From Trichodesmium erythraeum IMS101 (GTDB lineage: Bacteria > Cyanobacteriota > Cyanobacteriia > Cyanobacteriales > Microcoleaceae): 32,000 nucleotides of DNA. Under the pieces are notes generated by a model. The model was not told where the DNA came from and did not search any database. It was given only the letters and a program-made list of their open reading frames with translations. A program made the translations under genes and the position numbers. The stretch lies in the NCBI RefSeq assembly GCF_000014265.1, contig NC_008312.1, positions 6,360,001 to 6,392,000 of the forward strand. The letters run 5' to 3'. Positions 1 through 10,582 of this stretch are shown here, one piece after another; the first letter of the stretch is position 1, and the number at the start of each line of letters is the position of its first letter.

Positions 1-704
1 CTTAAAAACGTAGCAGCTTGACTGTAACTTGTGATCATCGTTTCATCAAACTCTAGAGATAGAAAATTACATACCCTCTTGATCATAGCAGAAGTATTTG
101 TAACAAGCTCGTCATAACTCAGCAAAATATGATTAGATTTCTGAGAATACTTCATACTAATTTCTATTGACTCCTTCCATCTTTCTAGGCAGCGGTTTAT
201 GTCCCATGCCCCATACCATTCTTGAGGATATTTATGAGTCACTTCATACAAAGAAGCTACCACATCAGAACCATTTCTTAAAAGATGGATCATTCTAGCT
301 TCAGGTAACATCTTTTCTATGTAGTCTAAATAAAGCAAATGGTCCGGTGTTTTTTCTAGCCACAGACTCTTACCTTCTTCTACAGTTAAAATATTTAAGA
401 CCTTAATAAAACTACGAGTATATAAATCTATAAAATCTAGAATGGGAATTTTAGGAAAATATTTTAACATTTCTGGGCGATTAATTTGATTTTTAAAGTA
501 TTGATTTAAATGTGGTTTTAAACGCCGGGAAATTAATCCAAATTTTTTTCGCTTAGGCTCATACTTAGCTACTCCATAGAGAAAAAACTTAGTTTCAGGA
601 AAAGAAGCTATTTCAGGATGAGTTGCCAATATACTTTGTAATAATGTTGTCCCAGAACGAGGACATCCAAAAATAAAAATAGGTGCTTGAAGTTTTGGTT
701 TCAT
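1..704 (-). CDS. sulfotransferase family protein (partial; 3' end runs off the left window edge)
   Basis: Absent from the ORF track because it is open at the window edge. My translation from the ATG at 702-704 downward reads MKPKLQAPIFIFGCPRSGTTLLQSILATHPE...WLEKTPDHLLYLDYIEKMLPEARMIHLLRNGSDVVASLYEV...LSLEFDETMITSYSQAATFL with no stop down to position 3. PRSGTT matches the PAPS 5'-phosphosulfate-binding loop. RNGSDVVAS resembles the 3'-phosphate-binding motif of sulfotransferases. Confidence 0.75.
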   Translation of the reverse strand, partial: MKPKLQAPIFIFGCPRSGTTLLQSILATHPEIASFPETKFFLYGVAKYEPKRKKFGLISRRLKPHLNQYFKNQINRPEMLKYFPKIPILDFIDLYTRSFIKVLNILTVEEGKSLWLEKTPDHLLYLDYIEKMLPEARMIHLLRNGSDVVASLYEVTHKYPQEWYGAWDINRCLERWKESIEISMKYSQKSNHILLSYDELVTNTSAMIKRVCNFLSLEFDETMITSYSQAATFL

Positions 705-765
705 AATCACCTTTTAATTAATGAAAAATTATAAACGCAAAAATCAAAATATTCTCCATTTTTTC

Positions 766-1701
766 TTATTTATTAAACCAGACCTGTACAAAATAACCCC
801 AACTACGCCAAATACGACACCTAGTTGTTAATCGTACTCTACTTTGTGGCCAAAATTGTGCAATAACTCTTTTTAAATTAAGTAAATTCCACAAACTTTC
901 TAGATATTCACGAGTTATGGACTTACCTATTATCTGATCAGCGATCGCATCAGACCGGCCTTGCCAATAACTGCGACTCAACAACCATTTAGCATTAATT
1001 CTTTCCTTCGGTACCCAATGCTGCACAGACGCTTTAGGGTTGTAATAAAACTTCCCACCAAATTGTTCTAAAGTTAAATTTAGTAATAACTCTTCTTGGG
1101 ATAATAGTTTTTTTCCTTGACGGCCTAACTTTTCATTAAAACCCCCCACATTTTTGAGAGACTCCTTGGTATATGCCATATTTGCCCCATAGGGAAATTT
1201 ATTTGTTTTAAACCACTTAGGTTGTGAGCCATAGTCAAGTACAGTAAAAAAATCCTCCATAGTTTTATCTATCCAGTCTGGTTTAGGAATTTCCCATAAC
1301 CCATAAATAGGTCCACCAACACATACTGGAGATGGTTTAACCGTTGTAAAACTATCTAATATCGACTCTAACCATTCCTCACAAGGAATAGCATCATCAT
1401 CTAAATATGCAACATATTTACCTTTGGCCAGACTTAAACCTAAATTACGAGCCCTTGACAGTCCCAGTACTGGTTCATATATATAACGAAAATTAGAATA
1501 GTTTTCTTGATAGCGATCGCCTATTTCTTTAGTATTATCCTCAGAAACATTATCTATAATTAAAACTTCAAAATTTTGATTAGGAAAAGACTGTTTTACC
1601 AGTCCTTCTAAAGCTAAAATCAACCTATCAGCTCTATTATGAGTGCATATAACCACAGAAACTATTGGTTGAATATTTTTTTGAATTTCAATTGAAGACA
1701 T
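766..1701 (-). CDS. family-2 (GT-A fold) glycosyltransferase
   Basis: 311-aa ORF with VSVVICTHNRADRL near the N-terminus, IIDNVSEDNT, and an acidic YLDDDA motif, all typical of GT2 enzymes. It lies 61 bp upstream of the sulfotransferase on the same strand. Confidence 0.8.
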   Translation of the reverse strand: MSSIEIQKNIQPIVSVVICTHNRADRLILALEGLVKQSFPNQNFEVLIIDNVSEDNTKEIGDRYQENYSNFRYIYEPVLGLSRARNLGLSLAKGKYVAYLDDDAIPCEEWLESILDSFTTVKPSPVCVGGPIYGLWEIPKPDWIDKTMEDFFTVLDYGSQPKWFKTNKFPYGANMAYTKESLKNVGGFNEKLGRQGKKLLSQEELLLNLTLEQFGGKFYYNPKASVQHWVPKERINAKWLLSRSYWQGRSDAIADQIIGKSITREYLESLWNLLNLKRVIAQFWPQSRVRLTTRCRIWRSWGYFVQVWFNK

Positions 1702-1840
1702 AAATAGTCTAATAAAACTTTTTTCTAGCAGTTTATAAATTGATCAAGCATGAAGCCATAGAGCAGTAGAGAAAACATCAAAATAAATAGATATTAATAG
1801 TTAAAACTTATTATTTACCAATCAAATTAAGCCAAACTAG

Positions 1841-2623
1841 CTAGTAGCTATTTAAGCTATTATCCTTAATAAAATGTGCGTACTTACTTTTTTTAATTGC
1901 TTGAATTAACTCCTCATAATTTTCTACCATTTTTGAAAGATCTAATGGCATTAACTTGACCAGATTAGTTTTCACAGGATTTGAGGGTAAATTAAATAAT
2001 TCTAGAACTTTATCTACAGTTTTTTGATGACATTCCCTGTCAAGCAGATTCTCCTCATATGTAATACTAATGTGGGGTATTTTCTTCAGTAATTTCTTTT
2101 CATACTCTCCCAGTTCTTCGCTATATTGAATCCTTTGAAATACTTCTTCAATTTCTACCAATATCGGTTTGTACTCCAGTTCACCTTCACAAGAACGGTG
2201 GTGAAATTTTTGTTTCAGGCTAGCATTAATATTAGATAGGGCATGAGCCACTAAATTACTACGAGTTAAATAAATAAACTTATAACCATTTTCATATAGA
2301 CTAAATAAAAACTTCTCTGGATCGGAAATAGGTTGCACATCTCTAACTTGATAACTCAAAAGTTTAAAACCATAAACTCTAGATTTACAACGCAAAGCAC
2401 ATAAGTCTATATAACTACGAGGAAATAAAAGACGATCGTGTAATATTTCATAATCACAATGAACTTTATCTTGACTATTTAAGAGGTTTACTAACAGCGT
2501 ACTACCAGAACGCCCCCTGCCAAAAATTACAAATTTATTTGATGGTCAAAGTGGTTTTTGCCATAGATATAATCCATAATTACCTATTTCTTTTACGTAA
2601 CGTTTAAATGCAGATAAACTCAT
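1841..2623 (-). pseudogene. Stf0-like sulfotransferase interrupted by an in-frame TGA (codon 26, 2546-2548)
   Basis: Reading from the ATG at 2621-2623 gives MSLSAFKRYVKEIGNYGLYLWQKPL-TGA-PSNKFVIFGRGRSGSTLLVNLLNSQDKVHCDYEILHDRLLFPRSYIDLCALRCKSRVYGFKLL..., which runs in frame into the 184-aa track ORF (1841-2395, TTG start). The PAPS-binding loop GRGRSGST lies between the TGA and that TTG. The track ORF alone would therefore lack the cofactor loop. Confidence 0.6.
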
Positions 2624-2651
2624 GTATCTTCCCTAACTGTACAAGAATTAT

Positions 2652-3701
2652 TTAAGAATAGAAGTTGACAATATTTTCATAAGTTTCTATAGTCTGCTGA
2701 CCTAATATCGACCATTCTAACTGTTCTAAATTAGCCTGTGGCGATCGCCCCTGCTCCAAAGCCCACTCCAAACCTAACTTTAAAACCTCTGTTGTTAACT
2801 CCCCTTGATATAATTTTAACCAATTTTGTCCTACCTGTTCCTGTAATTCTGCCATCCCTCCCTCCTCAGGTACCAACACAGGACAATTAAAAGAAAGAGC
2901 CAATAATGTGCTACCTGAATTTAAAATCTCTTGAAACGGTAAAACAACTAAACTTGCAGCCTTAAAATATGTTTGTAACTGTTCATCGGGTATATACCCA
3001 AACTTTAACCTCACAGCAAAATCATTTCCTGCTGCCTCAGATATCTGAGCACCAAGCTCTGGAACTTCTAGCTTACCTGCCACTAACAACATCCAATTTG
3101 TGGGCGCCAACTCTCGAAAAATTCTGACCAAATGAGGCACATTTTTGTAGCAGTCAATGTAACCCAGAAACAAAAGTAAATGGTACTCAGAAGGAATATC
3201 TAAATTAGCTCTAGCTGTCTCACAACTTATACTATTAGGGTAAAACTCTCGATAATGGCCATGAGGAATAATTGTATGGGGGCGATCGCTCAAATATGTC
3301 CATGTCGACATAGCCCACTCTTTGCTTGCTTGACAATGACTGATACAACCGTCTACCCGCTTAACGAACTCTGACTGAAACCATGCGGCTAATTGAGGAT
3401 GTAGTAAACTGTGAGGCCGTCGGTCGTGAATTGTCCAAATAATCTTTGTTCCTCTAGCCCTAACCCAGTCTATTGCCAAGAGCATAGCTATAGCCCGCAA
3501 AGCTGCTACAGCTCGGTTTGGGTGACGCACAATAGTTTCCATTGCCCAATGAAGATGAAAAATATGGTATTCTTGGCGCAAAAGCTTGCTGAGAGAAAAC
3601 TCTGTCACCGTAACCCCTTGTTTAACTATTTGAGAATATAACAGCCAGTTATAGGGATTTTTATGCTTCGTTTTAAATGCTGGCCAAGCAATAACTTTCA
3701 T
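2652..3701 (-). CDS. glycosyltransferase, probably GT-B fold (GT4-like)
   Basis: 349-aa ORF. The C-terminal half (LLLFLGYIDCYKNVPHLV...LVVLPFQEILNSGSTLLALSFNCPVLVPEEGGMAEL) resembles the nucleotide-sugar-binding domain of group-1 glycosyltransferases. Operon context with other GTs supports this. Confidence 0.6.
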   Translation of the reverse strand: MKVIAWPAFKTKHKNPYNWLLYSQIVKQGVTVTEFSLSKLLRQEYHIFHLHWAMETIVRHPNRAVAALRAIAMLLAIDWVRARGTKIIWTIHDRRPHSLLHPQLAAWFQSEFVKRVDGCISHCQASKEWAMSTWTYLSDRPHTIIPHGHYREFYPNSISCETARANLDIPSEYHLLLFLGYIDCYKNVPHLVRIFRELAPTNWMLLVAGKLEVPELGAQISEAAGNDFAVRLKFGYIPDEQLQTYFKAASLVVLPFQEILNSGSTLLALSFNCPVLVPEEGGMAELQEQVGQNWLKLYQGELTTEVLKLGLEWALEQGRSPQANLEQLEWSILGQQTIETYENIVNFYS

Positions 3702-3767
3702 CTAAATTTAAATTAACTAATATTTGTATTTGAGTAATTTCATTCAAACTACCCTAGATGCTATGGC

Positions 3768-4736
3768 TTAATATTGATTTTTTTCTAAATCTGCGAAATA
3801 ACCATTTTTCCACAGATAAAAAGGACTAATTAAACTATTAATATATAACTCTAATTCACAAGCTGCTACTAGATCTGTTCCTAACTTTAAATTATATTTA
3901 AGTAAATGACAGATAATTTTCCGAGTATCATTAGCCATATAAGCCAATAAAACTAATTGTTTTAACCAAGACTTAACCCCTAACATTCGAGTTACATAAC
4001 GACTCAAACCAATACCACAGAAAAAACTAATTAAATAATCTTTTTCCAATCTATTTTTAGGAATTTTGTGAGTTACCTCCATGCTCGGATTATACCAAAT
4101 TTCCCAACCTGCTTGTTGAATATAACCAATAGTTTCTGTATCCTCACCTGTTAACATTGAACCTGGTTTTCTACCACTCAAAATACAGTGCTTTGGAACA
4201 CTTTCTAACCAAGCTTTCTTCCGAATTACTAATCCTGCGGACGGAGGTATTACTTTTGATTTAGGTTTATATAGTAATGGTTTACCCCCCCTTTCAGTAA
4301 TAGCAAAAAATGGTTGAATTCGATTAAAATTAGGAGGTAATTTTCCCTCAAAATCTCCATGTATTTGACTAGCATAAGCACCTGCTTTGGGATATTTTTG
4401 AGCAAACTCATAAGCTGCTGCAACCCAATTTTCTGCAGGAATATTATCATCATCTAGAAAACCAATTAAAGGAGAAATTGCTACTTGAACAGCCTTTTTT
4501 CTAGCAAAACCTGCTCCTTGTTTCTCCTCAAAAAAATATTTTAATCTATTTTCTTGATGCCAGTTTTTTTGATATTCTCTAATGACTTGTTCTGTATTAT
4601 CTTGGCTGTTATTGTCTACAACAATTACTTCCCACGATAATTTCTCTGTATTGATTTGAGAATTTAGTTTTTCTAGAACTAATGGTAATTTTTCTGCGCC
4701 ATTGTAAGTAGGAATTGCAATAGTAAAATCAATCAT
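3768..4736 (-). CDS. family-2 glycosyltransferase (resembles cyanobacterial HpsE-type polysaccharide GTs)
   Basis: 322-aa ORF with FTIAIPTYNGAEKLPLVLEKL, VIVVDNNSQDNT and GFLDDDNIP motifs (GT-A/GT2). It is the first gene of the minus-strand operon. Confidence 0.8.
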   Translation of the reverse strand: MIDFTIAIPTYNGAEKLPLVLEKLNSQINTEKLSWEVIVVDNNSQDNTEQVIREYQKNWHQENRLKYFFEEKQGAGFARKKAVQVAISPLIGFLDDDNIPAENWVAAAYEFAQKYPKAGAYASQIHGDFEGKLPPNFNRIQPFFAITERGGKPLLYKPKSKVIPPSAGLVIRKKAWLESVPKHCILSGRKPGSMLTGEDTETIGYIQQAGWEIWYNPSMEVTHKIPKNRLEKDYLISFFCGIGLSRYVTRMLGVKSWLKQLVLLAYMANDTRKIICHLLKYNLKLGTDLVAACELELYINSLISPFYLWKNGYFADLEKNQY

Positions 4737-5658
4737 AATTGTCTATTTTCAATATTTAAGTAATTGTATCATTGAAAACCTATTAAACTAATACAATAAT
4801 AGTATATTTTCGTAAACTACTAATTCAATATAGAGCTTTTTAGGAAAAACCAAAGCTTGATAATTTTTGATTAAGCAAACTTGATATCTTCCCCACCCCA
4901 AGACAATAGCTATGGCAACAGTATTCTAGTTAAATTGAAATTGTATAGTTAAAATCCCTAAAAACAAAATTTTCTTTTCCAGAACTTAATTTTTAGAAGT
5001 CTTCAATAATACTCATTCTCAAAACTTTTGAACTTAGCACTTTGAATAGAGGTAAGGACTTTATATCTAACAGATTTAGGTCTTTAAAAGCAGGGGAAAA
5101 ATAAACCTCAATAAAATTAATATTCTCCCAGCTCACAATTATCAAAAAAGTTATTCGGTCTAGTGTATTAATTACTTAATCATTGAAGTTTTACCTAAGC
5201 ATAAAATTAATACATAGGAATTAATATCATACCAAAGATAAAAAAAATAATCTTATAATAATCAGGATAAACTAAGAAAATATAATCAGATTTTCCTTTC
5301 ATTAAAAAAGGAACATTCAAGGGAACATAATAATGTTTAAACTATTTATTTTGACCCCTAAGTACTTTTTCCTAACTTAACAGTAGCAGCCATTCATCAA
5401 AGAGTCAAATCCTGATATTTCTGGCATAAAATATATACAATTGACTTATATAAAGCTCCCTTTAGATCAATTGCCGATGAGATAAAAAATTAAAATCCCT
5501 AGCAGTTATCTCCAGCAATAACCTAATATTTAAAGACAAGTTAAAATAGACATTGATCCCCTGTTTTAACAACTTTTAGAATCTATGGGACTTTAGTCCG
5601 TGAAGAGTCAAAGTTGATAATAACAGGGCTAAATTAGACCGTTACAGGAACAGAAACA

Positions 5659-5895
5659 TTAAAACTTATTCAAGTCAATACCAGCTTGTTTGGCCATAGC
5701 TTGTATGCCTTTGCTTTGTAAAGTTTTGATAGCTTTGGTAGATAATTTTAGCTTCACCCACTTCTTACCTTGTGGCCACCACACTTTTTTCCACTGGAGA
5801 TTTGCGTGTTGTAATTTGTGGGTACGAATATGGGAGTGAGAAACTGAATAGCCATTATTAGCTTTTTTTCCAGTTAATTGACACTTACGACTCAT
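5659..5895 (-). CDS. rpmB: 50S ribosomal protein L28
   Basis: 78-aa [43 protein letters not shown]... is the canonical L28 sequence pattern. Confidence 0.95.
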   Translation of the reverse strand: MSRKCQLTGKKANNGYSVSHSHIRTHKLQHANLQWKKVWWPQGKKWVKLKLSTKAIKTLQSKGIQAMAKQAGIDLNKF

Positions 5896-6444
5896 GGTGT
5901 GATCCTAATAATTTAATGACAATATTTCTATTGTATAGGGCTTTAACTATTACTGATTTGGTAACATTTAGTGATGTAAATTGATATATACCGATATGGC
6001 ATACTAATCAAGCTTAACTGATTGTAGTATAATTAGATAATAAAAGTAGTTTGTAGTGTGAAGCTAGCCCACTAAGTAATTTAATTCCTGATAGCTTCTC
6101 TAAACGCCTGGCCATATAATTCAACTTCTGTGAGCGCCGCTCCACCAAGGCGATGTAAGTACTTAAAAGCATCTACAAATTTTTACAGTAGGCATTGGGA
6201 GATACCGCCTCAGTAAATTAATTTCACTATGTATCGTTAATAATTATTAGTACTCAAAGTATGGGGAAATAAGATATCAAAAATATTATCGAAAATGTCA
6301 TCGAAAAATTTAGCTTAAAGCCAAGAGCTTCATAGATAAATATATTAGTCATTAGTCCTGGGTGCGGAGTCCAAGACAAAAAATTAATGTACAAGGTTAA
6401 AGTAAACTATCCCTATCGTCCTGGTGGAAGGGAAGCAAGAGGAG

Positions 6445-6635
6445 AAGGTAAAGCAGTCTGAGAGAGCGCGGAGCTTTGGGATAGGAAAACATTAACCTGT
6501 AAAGGGGCTTTGGCTCCCAAGAAATTCTCCCATGGCTAATAGCTGGGGAGGACATTAATGTAATGTAGAGCTTCTCCCGAAAGTACCTCAAGGTAAACTG
6601 CTTGTCCCCGCCCTATGCTTAGACTGCTAGATAGA
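6445..6635. ncRNA. candidate structured RNA or RNA-structure element (class and strand unknown)
   Basis: A locally GC-rich island sits in AT-rich spacer between the htpG stop (6665) and rpmB. AGCAGTCT (6452-6459) pairs with AGACTGCT (6621-6628), enclosing about 160 nt. Inside is a perfect hairpin ACATTA-ATG-TAATGT (6552-6566). GGGAG (6546-6550) can pair with either CTCCC at 6527-6531 or CTCCC at 6574-6578, giving alternative helices. The overlapping 64-aa track ORF looks non-coding. Confidence 0.3.
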
Positions 6636-6664
6636 ATTTTCAGCCCCAAAAGACTTAGTAAAAT

Positions 6665-8674
6665 CTAGACTGCATGTTCTGTTAATTTAGTCAATACTTT
6701 ATTAGACCGTTCGATAAATTCTTTCATCCCCTCAGCACCAAAACCTTTCTGTGCTATTAGGGCTAAATCATAAACATGATAACAAATTTCTTTTGCTAAT
6801 TCTGCTGATGGAGATTCTCCACTGCCTTGAATAATACTACCCTGATTAATATTAGCAAGATTCTGAATTAGCGGGTGGGCTGTATTAACTAACAAAACGT
6901 GGTCTTCGGGAAATTCTGTTTTTTCCTGTTGGAATAAAGCTGTCATGTCCCGTAGCCTTCGCATTGCTTCTGGTAATAATACTATTGCTGGAGGAGTAGT
7001 TTTGGCATCTTCTGATTTTAATGCCTGAGCTTTAACATTTACTTTTGGTTTATTGAGGGCTTTTTCAAATAACTCTTTAATTTGTTCGCTGCGAGTTTTA
7101 TTAGTAGTTGGGTCAACTATTTCGGATTGATTTTCTTTATCAATTAAAGTATCATCTAAATCTGAATCAACCCTAGAAAATTTAACATCTTGATATTCTC
7201 TTTCTAGGAAGCTAATAAAGTGAGTATCTATGAAAGAGTCAAGGAATAAAACTTCTAACCCTTGGTTTTTATGTAGCTCTACATAAGTTGCTTGAGATGC
7301 TGGTTCAGTACAATAATAAACCCGGTTTTCATGACGTTCTTTATTACGTTCTAAATATTCTTTGAGAGTTGTGTAATAAAAACCTTGTTGGTCAGTATTT
7401 TTAACTTCAGAAGTTTCTGGAGCTACTTCTTGCCAAACATCTTCTCCTTCTGCTTGTACTTCTACTGCTGGTTTAGCTTCAGTTTCAGTTGTTTCCTCTT
7501 TATTTAATTGGGCTGTAGTGCGGAAAATTACAATATCTTCTACTTGCTTTTTAAACTTATCATCATTGAGGGCACCAAACTTAACAAATGTACCAACATC
7601 TTGCCAACCACTAATATATTTATCCCGCTCATCACGATAAAGTTCTTTGAGGCGATCGCCTACTTTTTTAGCTATATAATCTGCAATTCTCCTAACAGTT
7701 CTATTGCTTAATAAAGAACTCCGAGAAACATTTAAAGGAATATCTGTACTATCAATTACTCCTCGTAATGGCATTAAAAATTTAGGAATAATTTCCTCAC
7801 AATGGTCAGTAACAAATACTTGATTACAGAACAATTTAATATTGCCTTGAGTAACATCTACATCTGGCTTTAATTTAGGAAAATAAAGAATGCCATTAAC
7901 AATAAAAGGGTAATCAGTATTAAGATGAACCCATAAAAGAGGATCTTCTTGAAAAGGATAAAGATGACGATATAATTCTAAATAATCATCTTTAGTCACA
8001 TTCTGAGTAGACTCTCGCCATATTGCTTTATGTTTATTAACTTCTTCACCCTCAAATTTGATGGGCACTGGCATAAAATCACAGTAAGTCTTAATTAACT
8101 GATTTATGCGAGTAGATTCAATATATTCTTTTTCTTCATCTTGGAGGGTTAAGGTAATAGTTGTACCTCGTTCTGTACGAGTTGAATTTGATATTTCAAA
8201 TTCAGGAGAACCGTCACAACTCCAATGAACAGCTTGGGCTCCTTCTTGATAGGAAAGGGTGTCAATTTCTACCTTTTTGGCTACCATAAAAGAGGAGTAA
8301 AAACCCAAACCAAAATGACCGATAATGGCGTCATTCTCACTACCTTTATATTTTTCTATAAATTCTTCGGCACTAGAAAAAGCAACTTGATTAATGTATT
8401 TTTTAATCTCATCGGTAGTCATACCAATACCATTATCGGTAATGGAAATACTTTGATTATCTTTATCTATTTTGATTTCTATTTCTGGGTTAGTAACATC
8501 ACCACTATACTCTCCAGTTCTAGCCACCATTTTTAGTTTGGCAATAGCATCTACACCATTAGATACTAATTCTCTTAAGAAAATTTCATGGTCGGTATAA
8601 AGAGATTTTTTGATAATTGGGAAGATATTTTCAGTATGAATACTGATTTGACCTTTTTCTAGTGTTGTAGCCAT
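6665..8674 (-). CDS. htpG: molecular chaperone HtpG (Hsp90 family)
   Basis: 669-aa ORF with N-terminal ...HTENIFPIIKKSLYTDHEIFLRELVSNGVDAIAKL and GHFGLGFYSSFMVA, which are HATPase/Hsp90 signatures. Confidence 0.95.
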   Translation of the reverse strand: MATTLEKGQISIHTENIFPIIKKSLYTDHEIFLRELVSNGVDAIAKLKMVARTGEYSGDVTNPEIEIKIDKDNQSISITDNGIGMTTDEIKKYINQVAFSSAEEFIEKYKGSENDAIIGHFGLGFYSSFMVAKKVEIDTLSYQEGAQAVHWSCDGSPEFEISNSTRTERGTTITLTLQDEEKEYIESTRINQLIKTYCDFMPVPIKFEGEEVNKHKAIWRESTQNVTKDDYLELYRHLYPFQEDPLLWVHLNTDYPFIVNGILYFPKLKPDVDVTQGNIKLFCNQVFVTDHCEEIIPKFLMPLRGVIDSTDIPLNVSRSSLLSNRTVRRIADYIAKKVGDRLKELYRDERDKYISGWQDVGTFVKFGALNDDKFKKQVEDIVIFRTTAQLNKEETTETEAKPAVEVQAEGEDVWQEVAPETSEVKNTDQQGFYYTTLKEYLERNKERHENRVYYCTEPASQATYVELHKNQGLEVLFLDSFIDTHFISFLEREYQDVKFSRVDSDLDDTLIDKENQSEIVDPTTNKTRSEQIKELFEKALNKPKVNVKAQALKSEDAKTTPPAIVLLPEAMRRLRDMTALFQQEKTEFPEDHVLLVNTAHPLIQNLANINQGSIIQGSGESPSAELAKEICYHVYDLALIAQKGFGAEGMKEFIERSNKVLTKLTEHAV

Positions 8675-8712
8675 AGTTTATCTATTTTATCTAGTTGAAC
8701 ATTGTAAGTCTT

Positions 8713-8733
8713 CAGCTATTAGCTATTAGTTAT
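8713..8733. repeat. heptamer tandem repeat CAGCTAT-TAGCTAT-TAGTTAT (CAGYTAT family)
   Basis: Three consecutive 7-mers read directly from the sequence, about 40 bp upstream of the htpG start codon. Confidence 0.85.
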
Positions 8734-9161
8734 TAATTTTTCATCATACCAAAAGGGAATTATCCTTCAAGGAGTGGAGTATAATGAAATTGGACATTTG
8801 ATTACCTTAGTAAGTTATTACATTCGATTATTTGGTGGCTATTTCCAGGTAATTCCATAAGGGAAATGCTAATAGCTAAAAGCTTACCTCAATACTATTT
8901 TATGATTGTGATTTATGGAGTGTTTTTTTTAAACAGGGATTGTACCAAATATCTGATTCGGATTTCACTACCTAGGAAACTATACTATAATAGGTAGTGG
9001 TTTGAAATAACTAAATATTTTTATAAGTATTTAAATTAATTAATTTCATATCTACAGGACCTAAACAAAGACACTAAATATATTTACGGCAAATAGAGCA
9101 ATACCTAGCTATTTTTTTTGTGCGATCGCGCTCTATTGAGCAAAAACTTTTCCTAAGCATT

Positions 9162-9175
9162 TAGCTATCAGCTAT
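9162..9175. repeat. heptamer repeat TAGCTAT-CAGCTAT (CAGYTAT family)
   Basis: Two 7-mers read directly, adjacent to a HIP1 site (9122-9129) inside an 8-bp inverted repeat AATAGAGC/GCTCTATT. Confidence 0.7.
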
Positions 9176-10380
9176 CATACCCAGAGTTATTTTATTCTAA
9201 TTTATGACTCGTTGTGCATTAACAAAAATATGTTTTTTATAAATAAAATAGATGAATCAATTTATCAAAGATAGTAAAACCTTAATTTGATTATAGAATG
9301 AAACTTGAGAATAATACTGTACTTTTATAGTAATCTTTAATTGGGTATGATTAAGTAATAAAACTTTGCTCTCAAATCAAGTCTAAAACTACAAAAATAT
9401 ATGTGTTAATCACAACCATAAGTAACTAGTTTTTTGAGAAATTTAATAGGTAATTTTTATTAAATTCTTGTTATTTTAAAAAAAGTAATTTATCTTTAAT
9501 ATTTAGTTCTAAAAATAAAATTATCACGGAATCAAATGAGGTCGAATTAAATGATAACTTAATTAGATTTTATATCTTTTTACTAATAGTGTGATTACGA
9601 TTTATGATGGGCTAGGACGGGATTTACTGGGGAAAGCTAAATTTATTTTAGAATCTATTGAAGTAATTGATAGCAGTCGAAGCAAAGATTATGATTTAAT
9701 GATTTAAAAACCATTTAGGAAAGATTATATCTTATCCTTATAGCATAGCTATGACTGAAGACAAAAATTTATTAGTGCTATTGATGGTGGAATGAGTATT
9801 ATCAAGTAAGTTTTATATTTAAGGTTAGTAGTAATATTATTAATATTTAGTTATATAGAAGAAAAGAAACTGGGGATATAAAAGTAAAAATAGGTGCTCA
9901 AAAGGAGATAATCCCAAAATACTAGATTTAGAACAATTTCTTTGAATTTGTCCACATTTTAGGGACGCATTTATAGAATGTTTCTCAAAAAGAAACAGCA
10001 CCCTTTCATTTTCTCCTGAATTAAATAAAGCTGCCACATAGAAAATTAATGGGATTATTAATTATTATAGTTTTCCGAGTAAGAATGAAACATTTTTGTA
10101 GCCAAAAATATTTTACAGCAACAAAACCTCGTCTCAATTTAAACCAGAAAGACTATATTTTTAGTTCCTTAGATGAGATTGTTTAATGATACTTAATCAT
10201 CAATTATCAATATTCTGCACTGAATTCAAAACTATACTTACTATTAAAAGGGCTTATACTCTATTAGTATTTGAAAGTGCTGCTATTAGAAAAAAACTAT
10301 TATAAACACTTATTATTAGAAGTTAGTTATAATAAATTGAAAAAGGTTGTTAGGTGGTAACCTTAATGAAGTTAGTTTAA

Positions 10381-10394
10381 CTGATAGCTGATAA
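10381..10394. repeat. heptamer repeat CTGATAG-CTGATAA (reverse orientation of the CAGYTAT family)
   Basis: Read directly. The reverse complement is a cyclic permutation of CAGCTAT. Confidence 0.7.
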
Positions 10395-10582
10395 ACAAAG
10401 ACAAAATAAGACTTCAATTTATAACATAAAAATTAGTAAAAATTTGTAGCTTGGTTAAATATTTATACTAAACGAATTCTCTTTAATTTATCTTGATGAG
10501 GAGTCGAATTATCAGAGAAATATTAAGTATAAATACTGACTGAATTGTTAACCCCTATTGACCACTATAATTTTATTTTAAG

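Noticed and set aside
6452-6500. TPP-riboswitch-like CTGAGA and AACCTG motifs, and an SRP-RNA-like GGAAGGGAAGCA string (6427-6438)
   Set aside because: The remaining THI-box consensus (ACCUGAUCUGGAUAAUGCCAGCG...GGGA) is absent and there is no thiamine gene downstream. The putative SRP tetraloop has no complementary closing stem. Both matches are probably chance.
6397-6591. 64-aa minus-strand ORF overlapping the GC-rich element between htpG and rpmB
   Set aside because: The sequence is leucine- and proline-rich and shows no similarity to anything I recognise. The region is better explained by its extensive self-complementarity as an RNA-structure candidate.
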